Assembly (NCBI GenBank): GCA_944320495.1 | Contig: CALUHR010000005.1 | Span: forward strand, 128,001 to 192,000 | Reading direction: 5' to 3' | Source of the DNA: Candidatus Methanomethylophilaceae archaeon | GTDB lineage: Archaea; Thermoplasmatota; Thermoplasmata; Methanomassiliicoccales; Methanomethylophilaceae | Length of the DNA: 64,000 nucleotides | Shown here: positions 26,569 to 35,798 of the stretch, one piece after another | How the letters are laid out: each line of letters opens with the position of its first letter | Position numbering within the stretch: position 1 is the first letter of the stretch | The notes under the pieces: model-generated | What the model saw: the letters and a program-made list of their open reading frames with translations, nothing else | What the model was told of the DNA's origin: nothing | Database searches by the model: none | Program-made: the position numbers and the translations under genes

Positions 26569-26957
26569 ACAGGACCAACGGGCTGTTCGCCCCGTACCGC
26601 TGTCTCGTCTGCTACCGCGAGTTCGCCGACAGGGACGAGCGCGACGCACACTCCGCGGAGTGCCAGGCCCTCGCCGACAGGGCGAAGGCTCTCGTCGGAT
26701 GCTGGGTCCGTGCTCGCCACGGCGATGTGGACGTCGTGGGGAAGGTCAGGGGTGTCGACGGCCCCGACCCCATCATTGAGGGGCTCGAGATCAGCGGAGG
26801 CTACATGGTCGTCGACACCTGCATCCAGATCGGTGCGGTGGAGGCCGACGAGCTCGTCGCCCTCGAGTCCGAGGACATGGCCGCCGAGGTATGGCACGAC
26901 ATCGTGGCCGATCACGCCGAGAGGATCTGGAACGACGCCAGGGGGGCGATGGAATGA
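26565..26957 (+). CDS. C2H2/C2HC-like zinc-finger protein
   Basis: YRCLVCYREFADRDERDAHSAEC...AKALVGCW. Confidence 0.65.
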   Translation: MNRTNGLFAPYRCLVCYREFADRDERDAHSAECQALADRAKALVGCWVRARHGDVDVVGKVRGVDGPDPIIEGLEISGGYMVVDTCIQIGAVEADELVALESEDMAAEVWHDIVADHAERIWNDARGAME

Positions 26958-27009
26958 CCTCCGCCAACCTCGAAGGGCGCGACCTGCTCACCAAGTGGAG
27001 GGAGTACCC

Positions 27010-27825
27010 ATGACGGACGGCCAGAAAATCCTGAGGCACATCGTCTGCGAGGACGGGGACTCCATGCTCGTTCTGGGCACCGTCCCGGGACCCGACGCAA
27101 CCATGCTCGTGACGCTGACGCACCGCATCGGCACCCATGAGGACGGCTACAAGCAGGCCGTCATGCTGGACAGGGGCCAGGCTGTCGCCCTCCGCGACGC
27201 CCTGGACGAGATACTGTCCGCACGGCGCGAGGGAGTCTTCGGCTTCCCGAGGATGGAGAAGGTTTGGTTCTACGTCTACAACGTCACGGACACTTACTGC
27301 GGACCCGCCGTCACCGTCCTCGGGAAGCTCCCCGACGGAAAGGGATTCGTCCACGCCATCGTGGACATGCTGGGCATCTCCTACCCCTTCGTCACCCCGA
27401 ACCGCCCCTCGATGGCCGGCCTCAAGCCGTACATCCTGCTGGAGACCCTTGGGGAAACGATGCCCTATCTCGACAGGGCGAGGAGGGAGTACATCGACAC
27501 CCGTCTCGCCGACGTCGGACTGATCCCCAAGATCCGCCCGTACAAGCCAGATGAGGGCTTCGTGGACGCCGTCCGCACCGACGATGGCATCACCGTCCTC
27601 TCCAGCCACATCATCCGCAACGTCGGGACCCAGTACACGCTGACGTCCCTCTCGGGGGAGTCCAGGCGTCTCAGGAAGGTCACCTCCGAGGAGAGAACCG
27701 ACGAGAGGCCCGCCCTCGAGGGCGAGCATCTCTCCGAGGACGAGTGCAGGAACATCCTGACCGTCAGGTACAACGGCATCTGGAACACCATCATCGACGA
27801 GATTAGGGGGTGGTGCGGATGCTGA
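27010..27825 (+). CDS. Hypothetical protein
   Basis: GGAGGGAG SD; typical codon usage. Confidence 0.55.
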   Translation: MTDGQKILRHIVCEDGDSMLVLGTVPGPDATMLVTLTHRIGTHEDGYKQAVMLDRGQAVALRDALDEILSARREGVFGFPRMEKVWFYVYNVTDTYCGPAVTVLGKLPDGKGFVHAIVDMLGISYPFVTPNRPSMAGLKPYILLETLGETMPYLDRARREYIDTRLADVGLIPKIRPYKPDEGFVDAVRTDDGITVLSSHIIRNVGTQYTLTSLSGESRRLRKVTSEERTDERPALEGEHLSEDECRNILTVRYNGIWNTIIDEIRGWCGC

Positions 27826-27910
27826 GGTATCTCATCGGCATGGCATCCGCCCTCACCGTGTCCGTCCTGTCGGGCATCCTCATAGGCATCGACATCAGGG
27901 AGGCGGAGAG

Positions 27911-28339
27911 ATGACCTCCGACAGGGGATCCAACGCCTACCTCCCCGACTTCGTCTACCTCGTGAAGGAGCGCGGGCTCCTGGGGAAGCTGGATGAGGGC
28001 ATGACCCTGACCGTCCCCCGCAGCGACACCGTCTACAGGAGGGAGGACGACGGCAGGATCGTCAGGTTCCGCGACGGCAGGTTCACCGACATGCCGGACA
28101 TGCTCAGGGACTTCATGAGGGGACGCTACGTCCACGACCGTCCCGAGTACCCCCTGACCTTCGATCAGGCCATGGGGGCCATGTCCAAGGGGCGCATCGT
28201 CGAATGCGACCTGGGATCCTGCAACCTCTTCGCCCTCAGGGACGGGGTGCTGATGTACGTCTCCCACGGCGAGGACAAGCTGACCAAGGCCACCCTGCAC
28301 GGCAAGCTGCTCACCGCGAAATGGAGGGTCGTCCTATGA
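27911..28339 (+). CDS. Hypothetical protein (paralog of the next gene)
   Basis: YPLTFDQAMGAMSKGRIV...WRVV. Confidence 0.6.
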   Translation: MTSDRGSNAYLPDFVYLVKERGLLGKLDEGMTLTVPRSDTVYRREDDGRIVRFRDGRFTDMPDMLRDFMRGRYVHDRPEYPLTFDQAMGAMSKGRIVECDLGSCNLFALRDGVLMYVSHGEDKLTKATLHGKLLTAKWRVVL

Positions 28340-28722
28340 ACTTCGAACACTTCCTGGGCGAGTTCAAGCGCGACATGGAGAGGGGCGTCCGCTTCAGGGA
28401 CCTCGATTCCGGTTACGTCTGGTACATGGTCGGCGGAACGCTCTACCGCGAAAGGAACGGCATCCTGGAAACGGCCCCGGACGGCCTGCTCTACTTCCTC
28501 AGGAGCGATGCCGTCGTCCACGACGGCACGAGGTACTCCCTGGACTTCCGCCAGGCCATGAAGGCCCTGGCCGACGGGAAGACCGTGGAGCGCAGGGGAC
28601 GCCCCGGCCAGCCGCTCATCCTGAAGGACGGCAGGATCGTCAACGTGACAAGCAGCAACCCCTCCATGGAGGAGGTGCTGTTCGAGGCGGACTTCCGCGA
28701 CGACTGGAGGGTGGTCAGATGA
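28336..28722 (+). CDS. Hypothetical protein (paralog of the previous gene)
   Basis: YSLDFRQAMKALADGKTVERRG...DDWRVV. Confidence 0.6.
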   Translation: MNFEHFLGEFKRDMERGVRFRDLDSGYVWYMVGGTLYRERNGILETAPDGLLYFLRSDAVVHDGTRYSLDFRQAMKALADGKTVERRGRPGQPLILKDGRIVNVTSSNPSMEEVLFEADFRDDWRVVR

Positions 28723-28922
28723 CCTTCGCCTTCACGGACGCCCGTCTCGACGCCGTCTGCGACGGCTGCGGGAAGGAGACCTCCATACCCATCAAGGGCA
28801 AGCGCTCCGGCGCGAAGCAGGCCCTCCGCTACCGCGGATGGTCCTTCCGCGACGATCACGCCTACTGCCCCGGATGCACCATGAGCCAGAGGAGGGAGGA
28901 CGGATGCCCTTCTGGTCAGTGA
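28719..28922 (+). CDS. Small zinc-finger protein
   Basis: CDGCG...RGWSF...YCPGC. Confidence 0.6.
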   Translation: MTFAFTDARLDAVCDGCGKETSIPIKGKRSGAKQALRYRGWSFRDDHAYCPGCTMSQRREDGCPSGQ

Positions 28923-29395
28923 TGCTGGACTGCGGGAGGCTCGTCGAGCTCGGGGCGGAGACGGTCCGCGAGGCCCGCATCGGGGCGTACAACGCCGTCC
29001 TGAGGGAGGACGGCTGCTGCACCGGCACGCTCAGGAGGAACGGGCAGCCCTTTGAGGAGATCGACGTCGAGGGCTACCGCTTCCCCGTGAGGGAGGACGG
29101 CCTGACCGTCTATTACCACCCCATCCTGGACGACGAGCTCATCATGGGCCCGACGGAGACGGGGAACGGGTTCGTCGTGAACGCCGACCTCTTCGAGTTC
29201 GACAACATCCCGATAGCGTGCTACGAGAGGGACGAGACCACCGAACCCTACGACATGGAGCACCCGATCGGGATGTGGGCCGTCCCGGGCATCGACGGCG
29301 AGACGGGCGGACCGTCCTGGGAGTTCGTAAAGGAGAGGGACGAGAGGGCGGTCTTCCCCGTCTGGTTCTTCCCCGCGAAGGAGGGGTCGGAATGA
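28904..29395 (+). CDS. Hypothetical protein
   Basis: Ends FPAKEGSE; similar to the ORF at 25434. Confidence 0.55.
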   Translation: MPFWSVMLDCGRLVELGAETVREARIGAYNAVLREDGCCTGTLRRNGQPFEEIDVEGYRFPVREDGLTVYYHPILDDELIMGPTETGNGFVVNADLFEFDNIPIACYERDETTEPYDMEHPIGMWAVPGIDGETGGPSWEFVKERDERAVFPVWFFPAKEGSE

Positions 29396-30006
29396 TCTCC
29401 GCGTGGATCGTCAACGACTCCGTCGGGAACCACGTGGGCATCATCCGCACGAACGACGCCGACGAGGCCGTCAGATGGGCGTTCCAGGCCCTTCTGAGGA
29501 TGGGAAAGGAGTGGGGCTCCGTCGTCCACGACGGACGCACCTACTGCACCGTGGACGTGCTGGGCGGGACGTTCTCTCCCGCCTTCCCGCCCGGCGCGGG
29601 CGGCGAGAGACGCCCGATCTCCCGCGAACCCGCGATCCTCAGGGGAAGGGACTGCGCCTACGTGGACGCGGGTCTCGTCTCCAGGGAGGACGTCCCCGCC
29701 TTCCTCCGCATGAACGGACTTGGTAATCTCACCCCCGAGAGGGGAGGGAGCATCGCGGGCGGCAACGCCCGCTACTCCCCCTCCGAGGGCTTCACCCTGA
29801 CCAAGGACAAGGATACGGACACCCGCCCCGTCTGGTTCTGCACCTCCATCGACTGGATCCCGGAGGACTGCCGATGGCCACCGAGGGCGAGGTCCGCCAC
29901 ATCATCGGCAGGCTCTGGCCGGTCTTCTGCGAGCGTCTCGACGAGATGGTCCAGGAGACGAGAACGAAGGAATACGACTCGGAGGACGAGAGGGAGGGCG
30001 TGCTGA
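29392..30006 (+). CDS. Hypothetical protein (3' end uncertain)
   Basis: SD plus ATGA overlap. Confidence 0.45.
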   Translation: MISAWIVNDSVGNHVGIIRTNDADEAVRWAFQALLRMGKEWGSVVHDGRTYCTVDVLGGTFSPAFPPGAGGERRPISREPAILRGRDCAYVDAGLVSREDVPAFLRMNGLGNLTPERGGSIAGGNARYSPSEGFTLTKDKDTDTRPVWFCTSIDWIPEDCRWPPRARSATSSAGSGRSSASVSTRWSRRRERRNTTRRTRGRAC

Positions 30007-30140
30007 AGGGCCTGGAGATGGCCCGCTCCGCCTTCCCTGGCTACTTCGAGGGGATCATGACCGACATGCCCGAACCAGAGGACGACGGGCGCCAAACCGC
30101 TTCGTGGAACCCCCTGCACAGGTTCAGGAGGACGATCTGA
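29874..30140 (+). CDS. Hypothetical protein
   Basis: GGAGG upstream. Confidence 0.5.
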   Translation: MATEGEVRHIIGRLWPVFCERLDEMVQETRTKEYDSEDEREGVLKGLEMARSAFPGYFEGIMTDMPEPEDDGRQTASWNPLHRFRRTI

Positions 30141-30368
30141 GATGGATGGAAAGAGACAGGATGGGATGACCTTCGACGATCTCGCACGCGACGTCGCGTG
30201 GATCGTCGGGGAGACGACCGCCCTCGCGGACTTCCGCGACAGGGCCGTCATCGGGCTCCGCCAGAGCGTGTCCGCGCTCAGGACGGAGGCCGCTGGGGAT
30301 ATGGATGCGATGCTCGCGCTGGACGACATCGAGAGGAGGCTGGACAGGCTGGACAGGAGGTGCCTCCG

Positions 30369-30962
30369 ATGGCACTCTCCTGGATGGCCGCCCGCATCTT
30401 CGACCACACCTTCCACTCGGGGGACTTCTCCGGGTGGGGACAGTGGAGGAGGATGGACGACGGCTCGTACGTCAACACCCTCATGCTGTCAGCCAACGGC
30501 AGGCGCAACCGCTACACAGCCCTGGCCAGGACGAGGGACCCCGCCTCGGGGGAATTCGTCTACATGCTCTGCGTGGACCAGGTGGATGAGAGGATGCAGC
30601 ACCTCTGCAACAAGTTCGGCATAATGGCCGTGGAGATGTCCGACGACGAGTCCAGGATCATCTTCAGGATCGACTTTGGCGAGCACATCGTCGTCGACCT
30701 TGTGGACGCCCCCGCATTGAGGGACATCTACGCAGACGAGCCCGAACCTACGAGGGGGATGCCCGAGTGCGGACCCGAGAAGGAGGAGTATGACGGAGAT
30801 GCCCCTCCATCGGAGGAGGATGAGGACGAGGGATCCCGCAGAGGCATCCTCGGGGCCGTGGGATCGCTCACCCAGAGACGCGGTGTGAAGAGGGAGAGGA
30901 AAGACCTCCGGCGCAAGGCCAGGGGCGGCATGCCCCCGAAGTCCAAGCTGGGGCTCCGCTGA
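30369..30962 (+). CDS. Hypothetical protein with acidic and basic tail
   Basis: GGAGGTG SD; last ORF before a hairpin. Confidence 0.55.
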   Translation: MALSWMAARIFDHTFHSGDFSGWGQWRRMDDGSYVNTLMLSANGRRNRYTALARTRDPASGEFVYMLCVDQVDERMQHLCNKFGIMAVEMSDDESRIIFRIDFGEHIVVDLVDAPALRDIYADEPEPTRGMPECGPEKEEYDGDAPPSEEDEDEGSRRGILGAVGSLTQRRGVKRERKDLRRKARGGMPPKSKLGLR

Positions 30963-30968
30963 GAACCA

Positions 30969-31000
30969 TTGCCCCCTCCGATGGATGGAGGGGGCGGCAA
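30969..31000 (+). terminator. GC-rich hairpin at the end of the long + strand ORF chain
   Basis: TTGCCCCCTCC-GATGGAT-GGAGGGGGCGGCAA. Confidence 0.45.
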
Positions 31001-31006
31001 ACCACA

Positions 31007-31504
31007 GTGATGACGATGAGAAATCTCCTTTCCGGCACGGCATCTTGGGTGTGGAGGACTCGCACCCGCATATTGGAATGGAACGAACGGTGTAGGATCC
31101 TCGGGGACGACGCGAAGTTCGACGGGGACGGCACACGGCTTTTGTGCGTCCTGTTCTCTTGTGCGATGACGCTGGAACTGGCATTGACCCCGTTCTTTTG
31201 CGAGAAATCGCCCCTCTTGGCGATCCCGGGGATGGCCATAGGCTTCCTGGCCCTGCTGTTATTCGTCGCCGCATACGTCTTGATAACCCGCGAGAGGCCA
31301 CATCCGGCCCCAGATACCTTCAGGTACGGTGCCTGGTTGGTTGGCATCGGGTCCGTCTTAGCACTCGCCGAGCTCTTGGTCCAGACCCTGATGACCTCCG
31401 CCGGAATGGGCGTCTCCGGTGCGTTGCCGTTCCTGTTCGTCCTCTTTTTCAGAGAGGACTTCGGACCCGCCTACCGCTCGTCAGAGACTCCCCGTGGGCC
31501 CTGA
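31007..31504 (+). CDS. Membrane protein
   Basis: Three to four hydrophobic segments. Confidence 0.5.
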   Translation: MMTMRNLLSGTASWVWRTRTRILEWNERCRILGDDAKFDGDGTRLLCVLFSCAMTLELALTPFFCEKSPLLAIPGMAIGFLALLLFVAAYVLITRERPHPAPDTFRYGAWLVGIGSVLALAELLVQTLMTSAGMGVSGALPFLFVLFFREDFGPAYRSSETPRGP

Positions 31505-31521
31505 TGCAACTAATCACCGCT

Positions 31522-31531
31522 GGGGGGGGGG
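31522..31531 (+). repeat. G10 homopolymer upstream of the RM genes
   Basis: Counted directly; ~108 nt upstream of ATG 31639. Confidence 0.85.
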
Positions 31532-31638
31532 ATTGTAGACATCATCGGAATTGTTCGTCGCAATGCCACACCCACGTTCACACATCGGCGAATCCAGGGA
31601 TCAGATTCTAATGGACCTATGTGTTTCTGGCCTTGGCC

Positions 31639-32805
31639 ATGTCAAACTCAACCCTTTCCGCGGCGAAGGTTGCCAAGAACGATGAGTTCTACACCCAGTA
31701 TTCCGACATCGAGTCTGAGATGAATGCCTATGTGGAATTCAATCCGGATGTGTTCCGTGACAAGACCATCCTTCTGCCATGCGATGATCCGGAGTGGTCG
31801 AATTTCACCAAATATTTCGCCTCGAACTTCGAGCGTTTCGGACTGAAGAAGCTTATTTCCACATCATTCGCCAAAGGTGCGTTCAACAAACAGACCACCT
31901 TACTGGAGTTCAATTCCCCTCTTTACGATAAGGATAAGCACGATTCACATGGCAAGCTGTTCATCGTGGACAGGGATTCCAACGGTTCTGGGAACGTAGA
32001 CATCGACGACATAGAGTTTTCTGGATACCTTCACGGGGACGGCGATTTCAGATCCGAGGAGGTATGCAGACTCAGAGATGAGGCCGACATAATCATAACC
32101 AATCCCCCGTTTTCGTTGTTCAAGGAATTCCTGGCATGGATAATGGAAGCTGACAAGAATTTCGTAATTCTCGGAAACATGAACGCGATACCTTACAAGG
32201 AGGTCTTCCCCTATCTGAAAAACAACCAGATATGGCTCGGATACAAGTCACTCAATCAGGAGATGTATTTCGAGATTAACGATGAATACCGTAAGTGGCT
32301 GTTGGAGAACAAGAAGGAAGGCTCAGCCTATAAGATAGTTGATGGTAGAGTTATGGGTAGGCTGGCCTCGGCTTGCTGGTTCACCAATCTAGATCATGGA
32401 AAACGCCATGAGAAGTTAATTCTCGACACGATGGAGCACAATCTGAAGTTTAACAAGAGACTTCGCAGCGAGTTGGAAAAACACTACGGCGAGATAAAGT
32501 ACCCGAAGTATGACAACTATGATGCCATCGAAGTTCCATTCGTCGAGTGCATACCATCCGATTATGATGGAGTAATGGGCGTTCCCATTACATTCTTGGA
32601 CAAATATTGCCCGGAACAGTTTGAAATCATCTGGCAAGCAAGCGGAAACGCCTATGCCAATGCTCCCAAAGAAATCATGGAGGAGCTGAAATTTGATCCG
32701 TCTGTGAAGTATGGCGGAGGCCTTGGAACGGGCGTGATTAACGGGAAGGCAAAATACAGTCGCATACTGATTCGGACCAGGAGGGATGAGGGGGCGATTG
32801 AATGA
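31639..32805 (+). CDS. Adenine-specific DNA methyltransferase, EcoRI family
   Basis: AKNDEFYTQY, LLPCDDPEWSNF, GDGDFRSEE, IITNPPFSLF, YPKYDNYDAIEV, GVMGVPITFL. Confidence 0.93.
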   Translation: MSNSTLSAAKVAKNDEFYTQYSDIESEMNAYVEFNPDVFRDKTILLPCDDPEWSNFTKYFASNFERFGLKKLISTSFAKGAFNKQTTLLEFNSPLYDKDKHDSHGKLFIVDRDSNGSGNVDIDDIEFSGYLHGDGDFRSEEVCRLRDEADIIITNPPFSLFKEFLAWIMEADKNFVILGNMNAIPYKEVFPYLKNNQIWLGYKSLNQEMYFEINDEYRKWLLENKKEGSAYKIVDGRVMGRLASACWFTNLDHGKRHEKLILDTMEHNLKFNKRLRSELEKHYGEIKYPKYDNYDAIEVPFVECIPSDYDGVMGVPITFLDKYCPEQFEIIWQASGNAYANAPKEIMEELKFDPSVKYGGGLGTGVINGKAKYSRILIRTRRDEGAIE

Positions 32806-33968
32806 AGACTACACTGCATACCGATTGGACCGTCGGGGACGTCTGTGAGGGATTCATCTTCGACAGGAATGAGAACAAGGGGCTGTTCGGACTGGATGGC
32901 AAGCTCATCATCCAGCCGGAATACCAGAGGAACTACATCTACGGCGACGGCAAGAGGGACGTCGCTGTCGTGGACTCCCTCCTCAAGGGGTACCCCCTGG
33001 GCCTGATATACTTCGTGAAGAACTCGGACGGGATATACGAGGTCCTTGATGGACAGCAGCGCATAACTTCATTCGCCAGGTTCGTCAACAAGTCATGGCC
33101 CTTCGCTGTCATCCGCAACGGGAAGCCGAGGTACTTCGACAGCTTGGACGACGACGAACGCGAACGCATCGTGGATGCCAGGCTGACGATCTATGTATGC
33201 GAGGGAGAGCCGTCCGAGATCCAGGAGTGGTTCGAGACCATAAACATCGCAGGGGTCCCGCTCGTCAAGCAGGAGTTACGCAACGCATCCTACCACGGTC
33301 CGTTCGTATCGCTGGCTCGTGCCGAGTTCTCCAACACATCCAATTCCAATATGACCCGCTGGCAGACCTACGTAAAAGGGGATCCCAAACGCCAGGCGAT
33401 TCTGGAAACGGCCCTCGATTGGGTCAGTGACGGAAACATCGACGATTACATGGCCAAGCACCGTTACGACACCGACATCAGGGAGCTGAAGGGCCATTTC
33501 GAGACCGTAGTCGACTGGGTGGATTCAATCTTCGACTATACTGGCAAGGAAATGTGCGGACGCGAGTGGGGCCGTCTGTACAGACAGTACCACTCGAATT
33601 CCTATTCCAAGTCCGAGGTAACAGCCGAGGTGGACAGACTCATGGATGATTCCCAGGTGCAGGACAAGAAGGGGATTTTCGAGTACATCCTCGGCGGTCA
33701 GAAGGAGACGAGTCTGCTCAACATACGCGTCTTCGACGAGAAGACGAAGAAAGCCGTCTATGCCACCCAGACGAAGGATGCGATGGCATCGGGCAAATCG
33801 AACTGCCCACTTTGTGCCTTGGGTCGTGGCAACAACTCCACGCGCATCTACAAGATGGGGGAGATGGATGCGGACCATGTGACGGCATGGAGCAGGGGCG
33901 GATCCACGGACATATCTAACTGCCAGATGCTCTGCAAAACCCACAACCAGGCAAAGGGAAACAGATGA
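32802..33968 (+). CDS. DUF262 (GmrSD-like) plus HNH endonuclease
   Basis: QPEYQRNYIY, EVLDGQQRITSF, FETIN; C-terminal CPLC...DADHVTAWSRGGSTDISNCQMLCKTHN. Confidence 0.92.
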   Translation: MKTTLHTDWTVGDVCEGFIFDRNENKGLFGLDGKLIIQPEYQRNYIYGDGKRDVAVVDSLLKGYPLGLIYFVKNSDGIYEVLDGQQRITSFARFVNKSWPFAVIRNGKPRYFDSLDDDERERIVDARLTIYVCEGEPSEIQEWFETINIAGVPLVKQELRNASYHGPFVSLARAEFSNTSNSNMTRWQTYVKGDPKRQAILETALDWVSDGNIDDYMAKHRYDTDIRELKGHFETVVDWVDSIFDYTGKEMCGREWGRLYRQYHSNSYSKSEVTAEVDRLMDDSQVQDKKGIFEYILGGQKETSLLNIRVFDEKTKKAVYATQTKDAMASGKSNCPLCALGRGNNSTRIYKMGEMDADHVTAWSRGGSTDISNCQMLCKTHNQAKGNR

Positions 33969-34055
33969 CTATGCGGACGAAAGGGCTCTGAACCAGAAAT
34001 GATCGGATCCCGGTGGCAATCGCACTTATCACCTCGAACCTCCGATGCACCCCGC

Positions 34056-34559
34056 ATGGAATTCGAAGAGGCGAAGGACAGACTCTACGCCGTGTTCCCG
34101 AGGCTCGTCATCGAGGACGGGCTGTCCGTGTACGAGGGCATGGCCTACGGGCTGGTGAGGGGGATCGGGATGAAGCCCGTCGAGGCGGCCGCGGTGATGT
34201 CGCGGCTCACGGGGAAGGACGTGACCAACCACGCCGTCTCCAAGTACGTCCAGAAGGCGAGGGAGAAGTACAGGGATGCGCCGCGGGCCGATGCCCCGCG
34301 AGATCGTCATGGGGTTCGAGGGCATCGAGGAACTGCAAGCATTGTCCGGATTTTCGGGATAATGCGGTGGGTCCTCCCGATCTACTATTTCAATCTTGGC
34401 CGATTGTACCGACGGATTGTGACAATCGGCTACCACAATCCCCTGCCCATCCCGAAATGTTCTAAAAATGAACATTTCACGAAATGTTTTTTTCTTGAAC
34501 ATTTGGGGAAAGGCATCGGAATCCGCACATCGGGCCATATTTCAACCCGGGTTTGTTGA
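34056..34559 (+). CDS. HTH-like DNA-binding protein (3' end uncertain)
   Basis: PVEAAAVMSRLTGKDVTNHAVSKYVQKAREK. Confidence 0.5.
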   Translation: MEFEEAKDRLYAVFPRLVIEDGLSVYEGMAYGLVRGIGMKPVEAAAVMSRLTGKDVTNHAVSKYVQKAREKYRDAPRADAPRDRHGVRGHRGTASIVRIFGIMRWVLPIYYFNLGRLYRRIVTIGYHNPLPIPKCSKNEHFTKCFFLEHLGKGIGIRTSGHISTRVC

Positions 34560-34588
34560 CATTTTATTCAACAAACATTTTTTGTTGA
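34454..34588. promoter_or_regulatory. AT-rich cluster of inverted repeats (candidate res/ori/operator)
   Basis: AAATGTT-N9-AACATTT twice, 27 bp apart; GTTTGTTGA-N8-TCAACAAAC and TCAACAAA-N5-TTTGTTGA. Confidence 0.6.
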
Positions 34589-34635
34589 GAAATCTGACAA
34601 CGAATCATCAGCGAAATCTCACGATTTCCAGAGAT

Positions 34636-35313
34636 TCATAGCGAATCGACCCACTCAGCCAGCTCCTCCGCGTACATCCTCAGGTCCCCCTCCGGGTCCC
34701 CGTCCCTCATGACGATGCAGCGGAACTCCCCCGCGGGTCCGGGGAACTCCCCGATGTACACCCTTAAGATACCCCTCAGGTCACCATCCAGGACGCCTTC
34801 CCTCTCAAGGGTGTCCAAGCACCCGTCGTACGCCTTCGTCCCTCTCAGGCCGTTCCTAGACGCCCACACGGCCCTTCCCCTGCCGAGCACGGGGATGCGG
34901 ATGTCCGGGAACCCCAATCCCTCCTCAGAATCCTCGGCGATGTCCCTCAGCATCCTTACCATCGAATCCCGGGGGACGTCCGAGAACAGGTCGGGGACGC
35001 CCACGGCGACCCAGTCCCCCATGCGGACACATCTGGGGTTCGGGTTCCACGACAGGACGTAGAACGCCCTCATGTCGATCCCGAGTTCATCCCCGATCCC
35101 GGCGGCGATGCCCGCCAGCTCCGCATCCGATATGCGCCCGTGCATCCTCGGAGGGAGCGGACACGTCCCGCATACGCGGGCTATATCATCCTCGGAGATC
35201 GGGAACGGCATCAGACGGGGAAGATCCTCCCTCTGTGCGCCTGCGGAGATCAGCATCTCCAAGGCATCGATCCTGTCCTTTTTGTTCCCCCAATCATACG
35301 TGCGGTTGTCCAT
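34636..35313 (-). CDS. Hypothetical protein
   Basis: Start reassigned to MDNRTYDWG. Confidence 0.55.
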   Translation of the reverse strand: MDNRTYDWGNKKDRIDALEMLISAGAQREDLPRLMPFPISEDDIARVCGTCPLPPRMHGRISDAELAGIAAGIGDELGIDMRAFYVLSWNPNPRCVRMGDWVAVGVPDLFSDVPRDSMVRMLRDIAEDSEEGLGFPDIRIPVLGRGRAVWASRNGLRGTKAYDGCLDTLEREGVLDGDLRGILRVYIGEFPGPAGEFRCIVMRDGDPEGDLRMYAEELAEWVDSL

Positions 35314-35363
35314 GGGGACGTCCGGATGGGACGGGGGTTTATAGAATCGCCAGAACCAAAATA

Positions 35364-35798
35364 TCAGAAAGCTCGTCTGCGACGGAACAGACCTCTCACG
35401 CTCTTGGAGGCCGTCACCCTGTGGTCGATTCCGTTGAGCAGTTCGATGGCGGTCGATTCTATCATGGGCAGTTCGTTGACCATGAAGTTCCATACAAGTT
35501 CGGGCTTGGTGCGCTCGTACTGATGGATGAAGAAGACTCTCATCTTCTTCACACCCTTCATGACATCCGTGAAATGCTGTCTGTAAATGGCGGGATAATG
35601 CTCCTCGATCCTGTTGACGCACTGTATGATCTGATTGATCTTCGAGTAGCAGCAGTCTTGGAACATCATGGACTCGACGAAATCCTCTCTCGAATGCCCG
35701 AAGTAGTTCATGTATGAATCCACACCCGAGCAGTATTCGACGATCCAGTGGAGGTTGTCCTCCAAGTCGGTCAAGTCAATCTCGTCACGTCCTCTCAT
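35364..35798 (-). CDS. HEPN/DUF86 (HepT-like) RNase toxin
   Basis: MRVFFIHQY Rx4H motif, ELVWNF; paired with the upstream MNT. Confidence 0.8.
   Translation of the reverse strand: MRGRDEIDLTDLEDNLHWIVEYCSGVDSYMNYFGHSREDFVESMMFQDCCYSKINQIIQCVNRIEEHYPAIYRQHFTDVMKGVKKMRVFFIHQYERTKPELVWNFMVNELPMIESTAIELLNGIDHRVTASKSVRGLFRRRRAF

Larger units (their letters stand above)
6096..34600. mobile_element. Integrated mobile element (provirus/ICE-like) starting at tRNA-Leu; right border not located and may extend past 64000
   Basis: Abrupt switch after the tRNA to dozens of short co-oriented overlapping ORFs; serine recombinases, DNA MTases, PCNA, dUTPase, Lar-like genes. Confidence 0.85.
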
